This document shows, in pieces, positions 9,447 through 16,861 of a DNA stretch of 64,000 nucleotides; position 1 is the stretch's first letter, and each line of letters opens with the position of its first letter. This DNA comes from a virus. The position numbers were made by a program, and so were the translations under genes. The notes under the pieces are model-generated. The model saw only the letters and a program-made list of their open reading frames with translations, had not been told where the DNA came from and searched no databases. Where the stretch lies: positions 60,984-124,983 of the IMG/VR virus record IMGVR_UViG_3300025914_000009; one strand, given 5' to 3'.

Positions 9447-10025
9447 ATGAAGCTATCTGAAAAGGGTAAAGATATCATTGAGGTCTTCATATTTAACATG
9501 AAATGGATCTTGCTTGCTTTCCTTATCAAATTAGGATGGGATCTTATGGTTCTAGCCTATTTTGTATACAGTCAGCCTGAACTCACTCAAGCCCAGCTGA
9601 TGCATTTCATTGAGGATGTGGATATTACAATGATTGCAATCCTTATAAAGATGATGATAGCAGGTGGTTATAACTCTTCTATATCCAAGAAACATGATTT
9701 TGATTCAGAGAATATTAGTAGTGGGCAGTTAAAGATTAAGATGGGTACATCTATCATAGGTATCTCTTCTGTTCATATGCTAAAAGTATTCATGGAGTCA
9801 GAGAATTTGACTGTGGAAGAAATATGGAAGAAAACTATTGTCCACTGTGCTTTTATTGTTGGAGGACTAGCACTATCTTTGATTGATTATTTACACTGTA
9901 AAACAGAATCTCATGAGACAATACCTACTTCTGGCTCTTTGCCTCATGTTAATAACATGGGGATGTCTGGAGAACACTCATTTCCACAGATACAAGAAAG
10001 CAAAGGTTTACACGGAGAGAAATGA
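9447..10025 (+). CDS. YqhA/UPF0114-like membrane protein
   Basis: Four TM segments; LKIKMGTSIIGISSVHML motif. Confidence 0.75.
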   Translation: MKLSEKGKDIIEVFIFNMKWILLAFLIKLGWDLMVLAYFVYSQPELTQAQLMHFIEDVDITMIAILIKMMIAGGYNSSISKKHDFDSENISSGQLKIKMGTSIIGISSVHMLKVFMESENLTVEEIWKKTIVHCAFIVGGLALSLIDYLHCKTESHETIPTSGSLPHVNNMGMSGEHSFPQIQESKGLHGEK

Positions 10026-10341
10026 TGATGGATCAGTCTTTCTTTACTATTACATATTAGCTACCTCCAATAACTATGGAGGGTCAAGCTATTATTATTA
10101 CTCCAGTAGGACTGCTGTTACTACATTCTCCCCTGCGGGCTGGTCAAACTCATCAATTGACCCAGTGAGCAAATTTGAAAACCTCAAGGAGGAGGATAAG
10201 GAGGTTGATGTTGATCTTGATGAAGAAGTTAATGGAGATATGATGGAAGAGATGCAAGACGATCCTGATATTTCAGAGGTAGGAGATGACTCAGCAGGTG
10301 ATTCCTCTGGAGATTCATCAGGGGATGGTTCAGGTGACTAA
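9913..10341 (+). CDS. putative lipoprotein with acidic tail
   Basis: Signal peptide ending ITWGC; D/S/G-rich C-terminus. Confidence 0.65.
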   Translation: MRQYLLLALCLMLITWGCLENTHFHRYKKAKVYTERNDDGSVFLYYYILATSNNYGGSSYYYYSSRTAVTTFSPAGWSNSSIDPVSKFENLKEEDKEVDVDLDEEVNGDMMEEMQDDPDISEVGDDSAGDSSGDSSGDGSGD

Positions 10342-10443
10342 TTTCAAAAGGGCACATACAGCAAACATTATAACAATTCACCTACATTTGAATTAAAAGT
10401 GTGCCCTGTTAAGGTCTGCAACAGCAAATATATCCTTGTGGCA

Positions 10444-10510
10444 CTGGGGGTCAGTGGTGGAAATCCACTCTGTGGGGAAACCCAAAGTAGCTTAGTACTT
10501 AGAGCACCAG
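10444..10510 (+). ncRNA. YrlA-type permuted tRNA mimic (unit B cargo)
   Basis: Order is T arm, GAAA-closed acceptor stem, D arm; closed by ctgg/ccag. Confidence 0.8.
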
Positions 10511-10569
10511 TTGGAGAAAAAATGCAGACCTGTTAAGATACCTAACAGCAAACAATTTGATCCTCTTGT

Positions 10570-10640
10570 GGATTAGTAGCTTAATTGGTAAAGCGCCCAA
10601 TTGATAATTGGGAGATCCTAGTTCAATTCTAGGCTTTAAA
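10570..10640 (+). tRNA. tRNA-Ile(GAT)-like element with degenerate acceptor stem (unit C cargo)
   Basis: D arm gcttaattggtaaagc; anticodon arm cccaa-ttGATaa-ttggg; T arm cctag-ttcaatt-ctagg. Confidence 0.6.
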
Positions 10641-10686
10641 GAGGTATCTGATAAGGGTTCTTACAGCAAATATTAGCAAATGGAAA

Positions 10687-10824
10687 CCTTTGGTCGGAGG
10701 TTCAAATCCTCCCCTCCCAACCAGATTTGGTGTCACCCTAAGGTGTTCAGGACAGCCAAATCTGGTGACTAATCAACCTGACCATATCTGGTTGGGAGGT
10801 AGCTCAGTCTGGTTAGAGCAGAGG
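10687..10824 (+). ncRNA. permuted tRNA mimic with encoded ACCA (unit D cargo)
   Basis: 3' half (T arm + cctcccaACCA, 10696-10723) precedes 5' half (tgggagg + D arm, 10793-10820). Confidence 0.8.
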
Positions 10825-11371
10825 ATGCAACAAAAGAACCCTGATAAGGAGACTTACAGCAAAACAACTCAACTTTCAACCGTTTATTTGAAATAGAGAG
10901 TCTCCTGATAAAGTGCCACACAGCAAATATTAATTCTTTTTCAACAAAGACCGCCCCTGGATGGGAGGAAGCTAAAGAGGTTCGATTCCTCAGGCACTTG
11001 ATAAGGTGAGCAGCAGCATTTAACTAAATAATGGCCCTAAGGTTGGGAAAACTGAAACAGTCATACCGATACTCTCATAGGTTAATACGAAAAGAGTAGT
11101 GTCAAAGGCCCCAAGGGGTACTGGCGGCTATACAAAGAATATGCTCATCTGATAAGGTCACATACAGCAAAAAGCTAAAAGCAATCATCTTGTAAATGAT
11201 AAAAACTGTGACCTGATAAGTAGAGTCTGAAAACCTAAAACATTAATTACGTACCCCCACTACAGGTTGGACTATTTCTATTATCCTACGCCAAGTTCAT
11301 TGACATATGGTTGGTGAATTATCTCCTGTTTGATTTGATAGTAGTGGTGGTATGTCTAAAACCACATTAAC

Positions 11372-11749
11372 ATGACCCCTGAACAGGTAAGAGATCTATG
11401 TATCAATATAGACATGAAATGTCTTGGTAATGATTCGTTCTACCTAAGGATAGAAAGGGATAATGAGCAACCTGTCGATGGGAGAGTCTTTATTCAGGTT
11501 AATTACAGTGCTCCTTGCATAAAGACTGGTGAGTTGAGACAATGGAGTGGTAGAAAGTGGTATCTTTCCAGACACATGACTCAAGATGAAGTGATTAAGA
11601 CAGCATTTGCTGCTTTCAAGGCTGCAGTAGAACATGAGATTCTGGAAGGGTTTAGCGTAGGGGGAAAATTACTATTCAATCCTCATGTTGACTTTACAGA
11701 ATTATTATCTATCTCCCAGAGGGAGGTAAAAAGAACAGAACAAACTTAA
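11372..11749 (+). CDS. conserved phage hypothetical protein
   Basis: W.GRKWYLS.HMT..E...TAF...EHE..E.F...FNPH. Confidence 0.8.
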   Translation: MTPEQVRDLCINIDMKCLGNDSFYLRIERDNEQPVDGRVFIQVNYSAPCIKTGELRQWSGRKWYLSRHMTQDEVIKTAFAAFKAAVEHEILEGFSVGGKLLFNPHVDFTELLSISQREVKRTEQT

Positions 11750-11759
11750 AGATTTACTT

Positions 11760-12251
11760 ATGAAGCCGATGGTTATTACAGAAGACTTGGCAACAATTGG
11801 AATGAGAGTAATGAGAGGCCCTAGCTGGGCGTGAGGGGATCAGGATGGAGGGATAGGCGGTAAAGGAACCATTACTAAATTACTACAAAATGGTTGGGTA
11901 ATGGTAAAGTGGGATAATAGCACCTCTGATGCTCTATATAGAGTAGGACATGGTGGTGATTATGATCTTGTGATGTATGATCCCTTTACTAGCACTGGGA
12001 TTAATCTCGCAAACCCTTATTCCAAAAGAGTTAGCCAAGCAAACCAAGCTCTACAAAGCTTGTCGGAAAGTATTAAGAAAACCACTTCTTTAACAGAAAA
12101 ATCAAATACAAAACATGGAAACACAAACACAGGATCAGGCAGCAACAGACCAAACCCCATTAAAGTACGCCGCCCTATTAGCACAATCGAAGGATCAAAA
12201 AGACGAAGCAGAGCGCCAATTAAATGTGGAAGAGGCTCAGCAAGATCTTGA
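11760..12251 (+). pseudogene. MIB/HERC2-domain gene interrupted by in-frame TGA (11832-11834)
   Basis: GMRVMRGPSWA*GDQDGG...GTI...VKWD...YRVG..GDYDL matches the MIB/HERC2 pattern RGPDWxWGxQDGG. Confidence 0.75.
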
Positions 12252-12423
12252 TTCCGCGATCCTTAACCAGAAAAGATCCATTTCTGGAGCAACAAGAAGG
12301 CTGCAGGAAATTAAGGGAAGGTTCCCTCTGGACATTGATGCAATCATTGATGCACAGACAGAACTGAGAGATCTGCAATTAGGTCTTACTGACTTAAATG
12401 CCCTGAAAGTAGAGTTATTCTAA
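12115..12423 (+). CDS. coiled-coil hypothetical protein
   Basis: Helical ORF followed by a terminator. Confidence 0.8.
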   Translation: METQTQDQAATDQTPLKYAALLAQSKDQKDEAERQLNVEEAQQDLDSAILNQKRSISGATRRLQEIKGRFPLDIDAIIDAQTELRDLQLGLTDLNALKVELF

Positions 12424-12443
12424 GGTACACTATGTACTATTTT

Positions 12444-12483
12444 CTGGGAAGGAGAGCACACTTACTCTTTCCCAGTTTTTTTT
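12444..12483 (+). terminator. intrinsic terminator
   Basis: ctgggaaggag...ctctttcccag followed by a T run. Confidence 0.8.
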
Positions 12484-12666
12484 GTAAAGAAGGGATATGA
12501 GAGCAGCTAATATTCAACAGGGCCCCGAGGGAGAGAATGGAGGATGCTTAACATTGATTATCATTATCTTAATCATGATCCTTCTAAAAATATGTATTGG
12601 AAGATAGTTATGAAACAGGGTTAATTTTGAAGTCAACAAAAGGCTTAAACCACAAAATCCCTGAAT

Positions 12667-12900
12667 ATGGTAAAAGGAAGAAGATACAGGCTGGTTTATT
12701 CCAATAGGCCCCCTTTTGACACTAGACCATATGGTCTATATGTCTATACCAATAACTTCGAAGGTCTGGTAAGAGTGATATGCAGAACTGAGATTGAAGA
12801 GGCCCGAAAAAGAGTGAAGGCGAACAAAAGAGGAACCTTTTACAAGTATACTCCATCAAAAGAGTATATGCGTGCATTAAATAAATTTCATAGTCATTAA
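12667..12900 (+). CDS. basic hypothetical protein
   Basis: ORF. Confidence 0.6.
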   Translation: MVKGRRYRLVYSNRPPFDTRPYGLYVYTNNFEGLVRVICRTEIEEARKRVKANKRGTFYKYTPSKEYMRALNKFHSH

Positions 12901-12911
12901 AATTCAGACTC

Positions 12912-13703
12912 ATGTTAAAGTTAAACAAGTTACTGGCACTAGTAGAGTCCTCTACTCCTGTATTCAGAAAACTTATTGCAGAATACAAACTCTTTTTCGA
13001 AAAGAAACAAGGTGAATTTCAAGGTGTTCGAAAGACTTACACCCCAAGGGAAGGTACAAAGGATGAGCCTTCTATGCGACAGTTTAAACAAGTTGTTACT
13101 ACTATTCAGGAGAAGCTCAAATATATGGAACAAAACTCCTTTGAGCACCTAAATAATGTTATGTCTGTAGAAGCTACAAATGCTTCAGGTGCAGCAAAGG
13201 CAGAATTGGTAGTAAATGGTATCAGCTTTGGAAAGCTATCTACGCTAGAGCTTATGAAGCTTAAGTCTATTCTCGAAAAGGAGGGACTGGAAGCTATGTA
13301 TGCAACTATACCTGTAAGAAGTGATGCTGAGATATGGAACCCTACTATTGATCCTCTCTATCAAAATAGAGAGATCATGGAAACTCCAATGCAGACAGGT
13401 GTTAGTAAGAGTATTGAGAAAGAGGAGTATATTCTGGCAGATCCCAATCTAAAGAATATGGCAGACACTTCAAGATATACTCCGGTGAAATCTGTGAAGA
13501 ATACTATTGTTGATTTGGGAGATTATACACTGCAACACTTCTCAGGGGAATCTACTCATAAGTATAGAGCCAGCATACTTAAGAAAAGAAGTGATTTACT
13601 GGAAGCTATCAATGGTGCTATCAAAGAGGCTAATGATGTACCTGTAGTTCAATCAGAATTCAGTGCTTTCAAGTTATTTGATTATCTTCACGGCGAAGAT
13701 TAA
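12912..13703 (+). CDS. conserved hypothetical protein
   Basis: MLKLNKLLA..., G.RKTY.P, IPV......W, FSG, AIKEAN; resembles a widespread uncharacterised family that I cannot name with certainty. Confidence 0.8.
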   Translation: MLKLNKLLALVESSTPVFRKLIAEYKLFFEKKQGEFQGVRKTYTPREGTKDEPSMRQFKQVVTTIQEKLKYMEQNSFEHLNNVMSVEATNASGAAKAELVVNGISFGKLSTLELMKLKSILEKEGLEAMYATIPVRSDAEIWNPTIDPLYQNREIMETPMQTGVSKSIEKEEYILADPNLKNMADTSRYTPVKSVKNTIVDLGDYTLQHFSGESTHKYRASILKKRSDLLEAINGAIKEANDVPVVQSEFSAFKLFDYLHGED

Positions 13704-13713
13704 ATTCTCTTTT

Positions 13714-13920
13714 ATGCCTAAATCTAAAAGGTTAAGACCTTCCAGTACCCCTGGGAGGCAAAAGAACTCCAACTGTCAGAAAAGTGTTGCTAAAAACTTT
13801 GTAACTTTGGACACCAAAGGGTTTAAAAAAGAACCCAATTTGTGGCTTCAAGGATGCATAGAGATTAGCAATATGAAGGGTAACTACCCTACGCAGGAGG
13901 TAATACAATCACGTAACTAA
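13714..13920 (+). CDS. hypothetical protein
   Basis: Likely start ATG 13714 (MPKSKR). Confidence 0.5.
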   Translation: MPKSKRLRPSSTPGRQKNSNCQKSVAKNFVTLDTKGFKKEPNLWLQGCIEISNMKGNYPTQEVIQSRN

Positions 13921-13932
13921 AAACATTGTGAG

Positions 13933-14406
13933 ATGGATGTACAATATTTTATAGATAAGTTTGGGGCTATTCCTGAAGAACAATGGACAACTGAGTGCTA
14001 TCAAGATAACCAAAACAGGAGATGTGCTCTTGGTCACTGCTCTCCAAATGTTATGAGTAAGTATAAAGATGAACGAGTGGAGAGCTTTGTTGAGATAGCA
14101 GAGAGTCAAGAGGAAGAAGGCAGAGTGCTTTTGCAGTTATTTTGGGATCATGAGCTCTGTGTTCCACCAGTGAATGATGGATACGAGATAAGGTACACAC
14201 AAGGTACCCCAAAGCAAAGAATCCTAGCTGCCCTAAGGGATATACAGAAGAAGGAACAGATGAAGACTGCTTCTATAATTCCTCTTTGCTCAGAGTGTGG
14301 CAAACCTATCACAGAATGTGATTGTGAAGAAGAGATTGACGAGGAAGAAGATTGGGGCGCAGGAGCTGCAGAAGAGGTAGATCATATAGTACTAGAAGTT
14401 ATTTAA
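13933..14406 (+). CDS. paralogous family B protein with CxxC...CxC tail
   Basis: IPEEQW...RCALGH...GTPKQRIL. Confidence 0.8.
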   Translation: MDVQYFIDKFGAIPEEQWTTECYQDNQNRRCALGHCSPNVMSKYKDERVESFVEIAESQEEEGRVLLQLFWDHELCVPPVNDGYEIRYTQGTPKQRILAALRDIQKKEQMKTASIIPLCSECGKPITECDCEEEIDEEEDWGAGAAEEVDHIVLEVI

Positions 14407-14412
14407 ATATTT

Positions 14413-14493
14413 GACCTAGACTTAGACTTAGACTTAAGCTCAAATCAGTCCCCAGACGATTTAGACTTAGACTTGTGTCAAAAGACTTAGGTT
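14413..14493 (+). repeat. AGACTT hexamer repeat cluster (6 copies)
   Basis: Copies at 14418, 14424, 14430, 14463, 14469, 14483. Confidence 0.85.
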
Positions 14494-14507
14494 CAGAACA
14501 ACAAAAT

Positions 14508-14942
14508 AAGATGTCAGGTAGTTAATTAAATCCATAGGTCGCAGGTTTGAATCCTGTCTCCGCCTCTGTTCCGTAGCATTTTTTGTTTAAACGGCTGGTG
14601 TTTCTACATTAGCCTCATTTTAAACCAAATACTCATCATATGGCAGGAAAAGCTGGTGGTAAAGGTGGCAGAAAGATCGGAAGAAACAAGCGTAGAAATG
14701 AAAGAAAAGGTAGTCCAATCTCCCTTTTTGTTAGAGGAAAGATCACTGCGCACAAGTATTGGGAATTAACTGGGTTGTCTTCTCGTATTAAGCAGAGAGA
14801 AGCTGCCTAAAGTATCTATTGTCCAATAATAGACAAGTCCAGAGAACTGAGTTTCTACTCCCTTCTCTGGCATTCAAGGCGGAGTAGTTCAGTTGACAGA
14901 ACAATGGAATAATATTAGCTTAAGGCTACTTGAAAACATCTT
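14508..14942 (+). ncRNA. circularly permuted tRNA-like RNA enclosing an ORF
   Basis: 3' half at 14531-14565, 5' half at 14878-14908; perfect ggcggag/ctccgcc and atgga/tccat; outer helix 14508-14521/14926-14942. Confidence 0.75.
14640..14810 (+). CDS. 56-aa Gly/Lys/Arg-rich basic protein
   Basis: Read manually: MAGKAGGKGGRKIGRNKRRNERKGSPISLFVRGKITAHKYWELTGLSSRIKQREAA. Confidence 0.7.
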   Translation: MAGKAGGKGGRKIGRNKRRNERKGSPISLFVRGKITAHKYWELTGLSSRIKQREAA

Positions 14943-14967
14943 GACAGTGAAAAACTGTATTAATTAC

Positions 14968-15010
14968 AGGGAGGGCGGATAGGATAGATTCCCCCCTCCC
15001 CTTTTTTTCT
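14968..15010 (+). terminator. intrinsic terminator
   Basis: agggaggg...ccctccct followed by a T run. Confidence 0.75.
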
Positions 15011-15025
15011 TCTTATCTATCACAA

Positions 15026-15119
15026 GGCGAAGTATGCAAATTGGTAAAGCAGTCCTCGTTGAGAGGATGGGACTAAATTCTGGGTAATGTCCATGGTAGT
15101 TCGAATCTATCCCTCGCCA
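15026..15119 (+). tRNA. class II (Leu/Ser-like) tRNA with aberrant anticodon arm
   Basis: ggcgaag/cctcgcc acceptor, Leu-type D loop, long variable arm, GTTCGAAT; anticodon loop non-canonical. Confidence 0.55.
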
Positions 15120-15132
15120 CTAAAATTCTTTT

Positions 15133-15366
15133 ATGAAAAGACTTCTTTATTTATGTATCATTCTCCTATCCTTTGGGGGATGTGGTGAGAAAAAGCCTAT
15201 AAAGGGTGATTGGATCTGGGTTCATATTGATACAGATCTTAGTGAATTCAATGGTAAAATCATCTCACAAATGATTCCCGGAGATGGAGATCAGATAACT
15301 ATTGTTTTTACTGACACAACTAGAGTTACTCTTAAAGCCTGCTCTAATCTTAAACTCTACAAGTAA
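15133..15366 (+). CDS. putative lipoprotein
   Basis: Signal peptide ending FGGC. Confidence 0.7.
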   Translation: MKRLLYLCIILLSFGGCGEKKPIKGDWIWVHIDTDLSEFNGKIISQMIPGDGDQITIVFTDTTRVTLKACSNLKLYK

Positions 15367-15863
15367 TGAAACCATATTTTGCTAAATATCTTCCTATAGA
15401 AGGAGAAATAAAAGAAGGGGATATAGTACTTATAAAGGGAATATTACAGTTCTACTTTGTTGATCGGGTGAAAGAAACCCCTAGTGAAAAGTATAAGCTC
15501 TTCCTCTGTGGTAGAGATATACAAATAGGAGACTATATTCATGGTTTGAGAGAAGGAGGATGGGATACTGAACATCAGGGAATTGCTTTGGAACAGGACA
15601 GAGGTTACTTTTTTATAGAAGGTATTATCGAAGGGGGGTTGCGCAAATTCAGACTTAGACAATGTTTCAAAGTAATAGGAGAAATATCTCCTGAAGCCAA
15701 AGTACAGGAAGGAGATGAGTTTGATTATGGAGAAGTATTAATAAGCTATTGTTGTGAGAAAGGAGATGAGTGTGATAAGCATTTTGGAGAGCAATTATGT
15801 TCAGCACCCCATGAAATACTAAATCTTATTAAGATTAAGTGTCCTTGGGGTCATTTTCATTAA
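15366..15863 (+). CDS. hypothetical protein
   Basis: ORF coupled to the upstream stop. Confidence 0.75.
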   Translation: MKPYFAKYLPIEGEIKEGDIVLIKGILQFYFVDRVKETPSEKYKLFLCGRDIQIGDYIHGLREGGWDTEHQGIALEQDRGYFFIEGIIEGGLRKFRLRQCFKVIGEISPEAKVQEGDEFDYGEVLISYCCEKGDECDKHFGEQLCSAPHEILNLIKIKCPWGHFH

Positions 15864-15874
15864 AAATTCATGCA

Positions 15875-16306
15875 ATGAAGACGTATAAAGGCTTGATTCT
15901 CAAGCGTTCAGATATCCCAGACAATGGGATATTTGTTTTTGGGGCCAATACTGAAGGTAGGCATAGCAAGGGAGCTGCTTTGGTGGCTTATAGGCACTTT
16001 GATGCAGAGTATCGTAATCCTCAAGGCCCCCAGGGAAGATCATATGCAATAATTACCAAAGACTTACGTAAAAAGGTTCATCCTTCTATTCCAAGGTTCT
16101 ATATAGAGTCAGAGATTAGAGCTTTGTATAAATTTGCAGAGCGCCATACTCATCTGGAGTTCTATATAGCTTATGGTACTGGAAAGAATTTGAATGCTTA
16201 TTCCCCTCAGGAAATGGCAGACATGTTCTCCAAATTCCCTATTCCTGAGAATGTAGTATTCAATGAGGAGTTCTCCAAATTGTTAACATTAAAAACTGCA
16301 GCATGA
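15875..16306 (+). CDS. macro-domain-like phage protein (A1S_2505-like)
   Basis: IFVFGANTEGRHSKGAA, GPQGRSYAI. Confidence 0.8.
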   Translation: MKTYKGLILKRSDIPDNGIFVFGANTEGRHSKGAALVAYRHFDAEYRNPQGPQGRSYAIITKDLRKKVHPSIPRFYIESEIRALYKFAERHTHLEFYIAYGTGKNLNAYSPQEMADMFSKFPIPENVVFNEEFSKLLTLKTAA

Positions 16307-16416
16307 GTGAAGAGATAAAGCCTGGTTGGCAAACCGCATTGTTCCTTATTTTCTTTGTATTATTGCAGTTGTTAGCTTTGCTCCCTATTTACTTAATTTT
16401 AAAAAGCTTACAATGA
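16303..16416 (+). CDS. small membrane protein (37 aa)
   Basis: Read manually; ATGA overlaps at both ends. Confidence 0.55.
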   Translation: MSEEIKPGWQTALFLIFFVLLQLLALLPIYLILKSLQ

Positions 16417-16664
16417 GTGAACAACAAGAGAAAAAGACCACCCTTGGGGATCCTATGTATGTAGAGTCTCTAATGACCCCTGATGAGTGGTCAAGGAGAA
16501 GGAGGGAATACCCATCTACTAGCCACTTTCATTACCATGAGGTTAATAGATTGAAAACCAACTCATTCAAGTGGAGATTTGGTATGGGTGAACGCCTTAG
16601 CCCTACTGAGATTGGTAATATCAACATGAATCTTGATTATTTACGTAAAAAATTCAAAGTATGA
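16413..16664 (+). CDS. hypothetical protein
   Basis: Likely start MSEQQEKK. Confidence 0.65.
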   Translation: MSEQQEKKTTLGDPMYVESLMTPDEWSRRRREYPSTSHFHYHEVNRLKTNSFKWRFGMGERLSPTEIGNINMNLDYLRKKFKV

Positions 16665-16861
16665 TAACACTTAACGTAGTATTAATAATGCTACTATGGT
16701 TAATATTAGGACTTTTCATCTGCCATAAAGCCAATTGGTTCAAACATTTTGGTAATGGTTATGATCCAGAGCCAGCTGCTTGTATATTTGCAGTATTATG
16801 TGCTCCAGTTGTATTCATAGTAAACTTTATAAACCGATTCTTCATCCAAAAATGGCACTAA
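16661..16861 (+). CDS. small membrane protein
   Basis: Two hydrophobic segments. Confidence 0.65.
   Translation: MITLNVVLIMLLWLILGLFICHKANWFKHFGNGYDPEPAACIFAVLCAPVVFIVNFINRFFIQKWH

Larger units (their letters stand above)
10350..11219 (+). ncRNA. tandem array of 8 modular Y RNA-like ncRNA units
   Basis: Each unit is an 8-nt 5' strand, (A/G)CAGCA, cargo, a complementary 3' strand and TG(A/T)TAA. Units start at 10350, 10413, 10537, 10655, 10848, 10912, 11005 and 11156. Confidence 0.85.

Noticed and set aside
10690-10896. 68-aa ORF in the array
   Set aside because: Overlaps tRNA-like structure; its translation (GGSNPPLP, GSSVWLEQ) is a typical tRNA shadow
10350-11219. CRISPR array
   Set aside because: Only short motifs are constant, unit lengths vary from about 57 to 187 nt, stems covary rather than repeat, and there are no cas genes
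11832-11834. Genome-wide TGA=Trp recoding
   Set aside because: TGA is a normal stop for many genes (ATGA overlaps, polB), and long genes are intact in code 11
14598-14610. Cas12a-like repeat (TTTCTAC)
   Set aside because: Isolated hairpin loops, not arrayed, and lacking the downstream GTAGA(T) strand
14508-14942. Two-piece tmRNA (internal ORF ends in AA)
   Set aside because: No G3-U70 alanine identity, a full D stem is present, and the ORF has its own ATG and lies in the intervening segment
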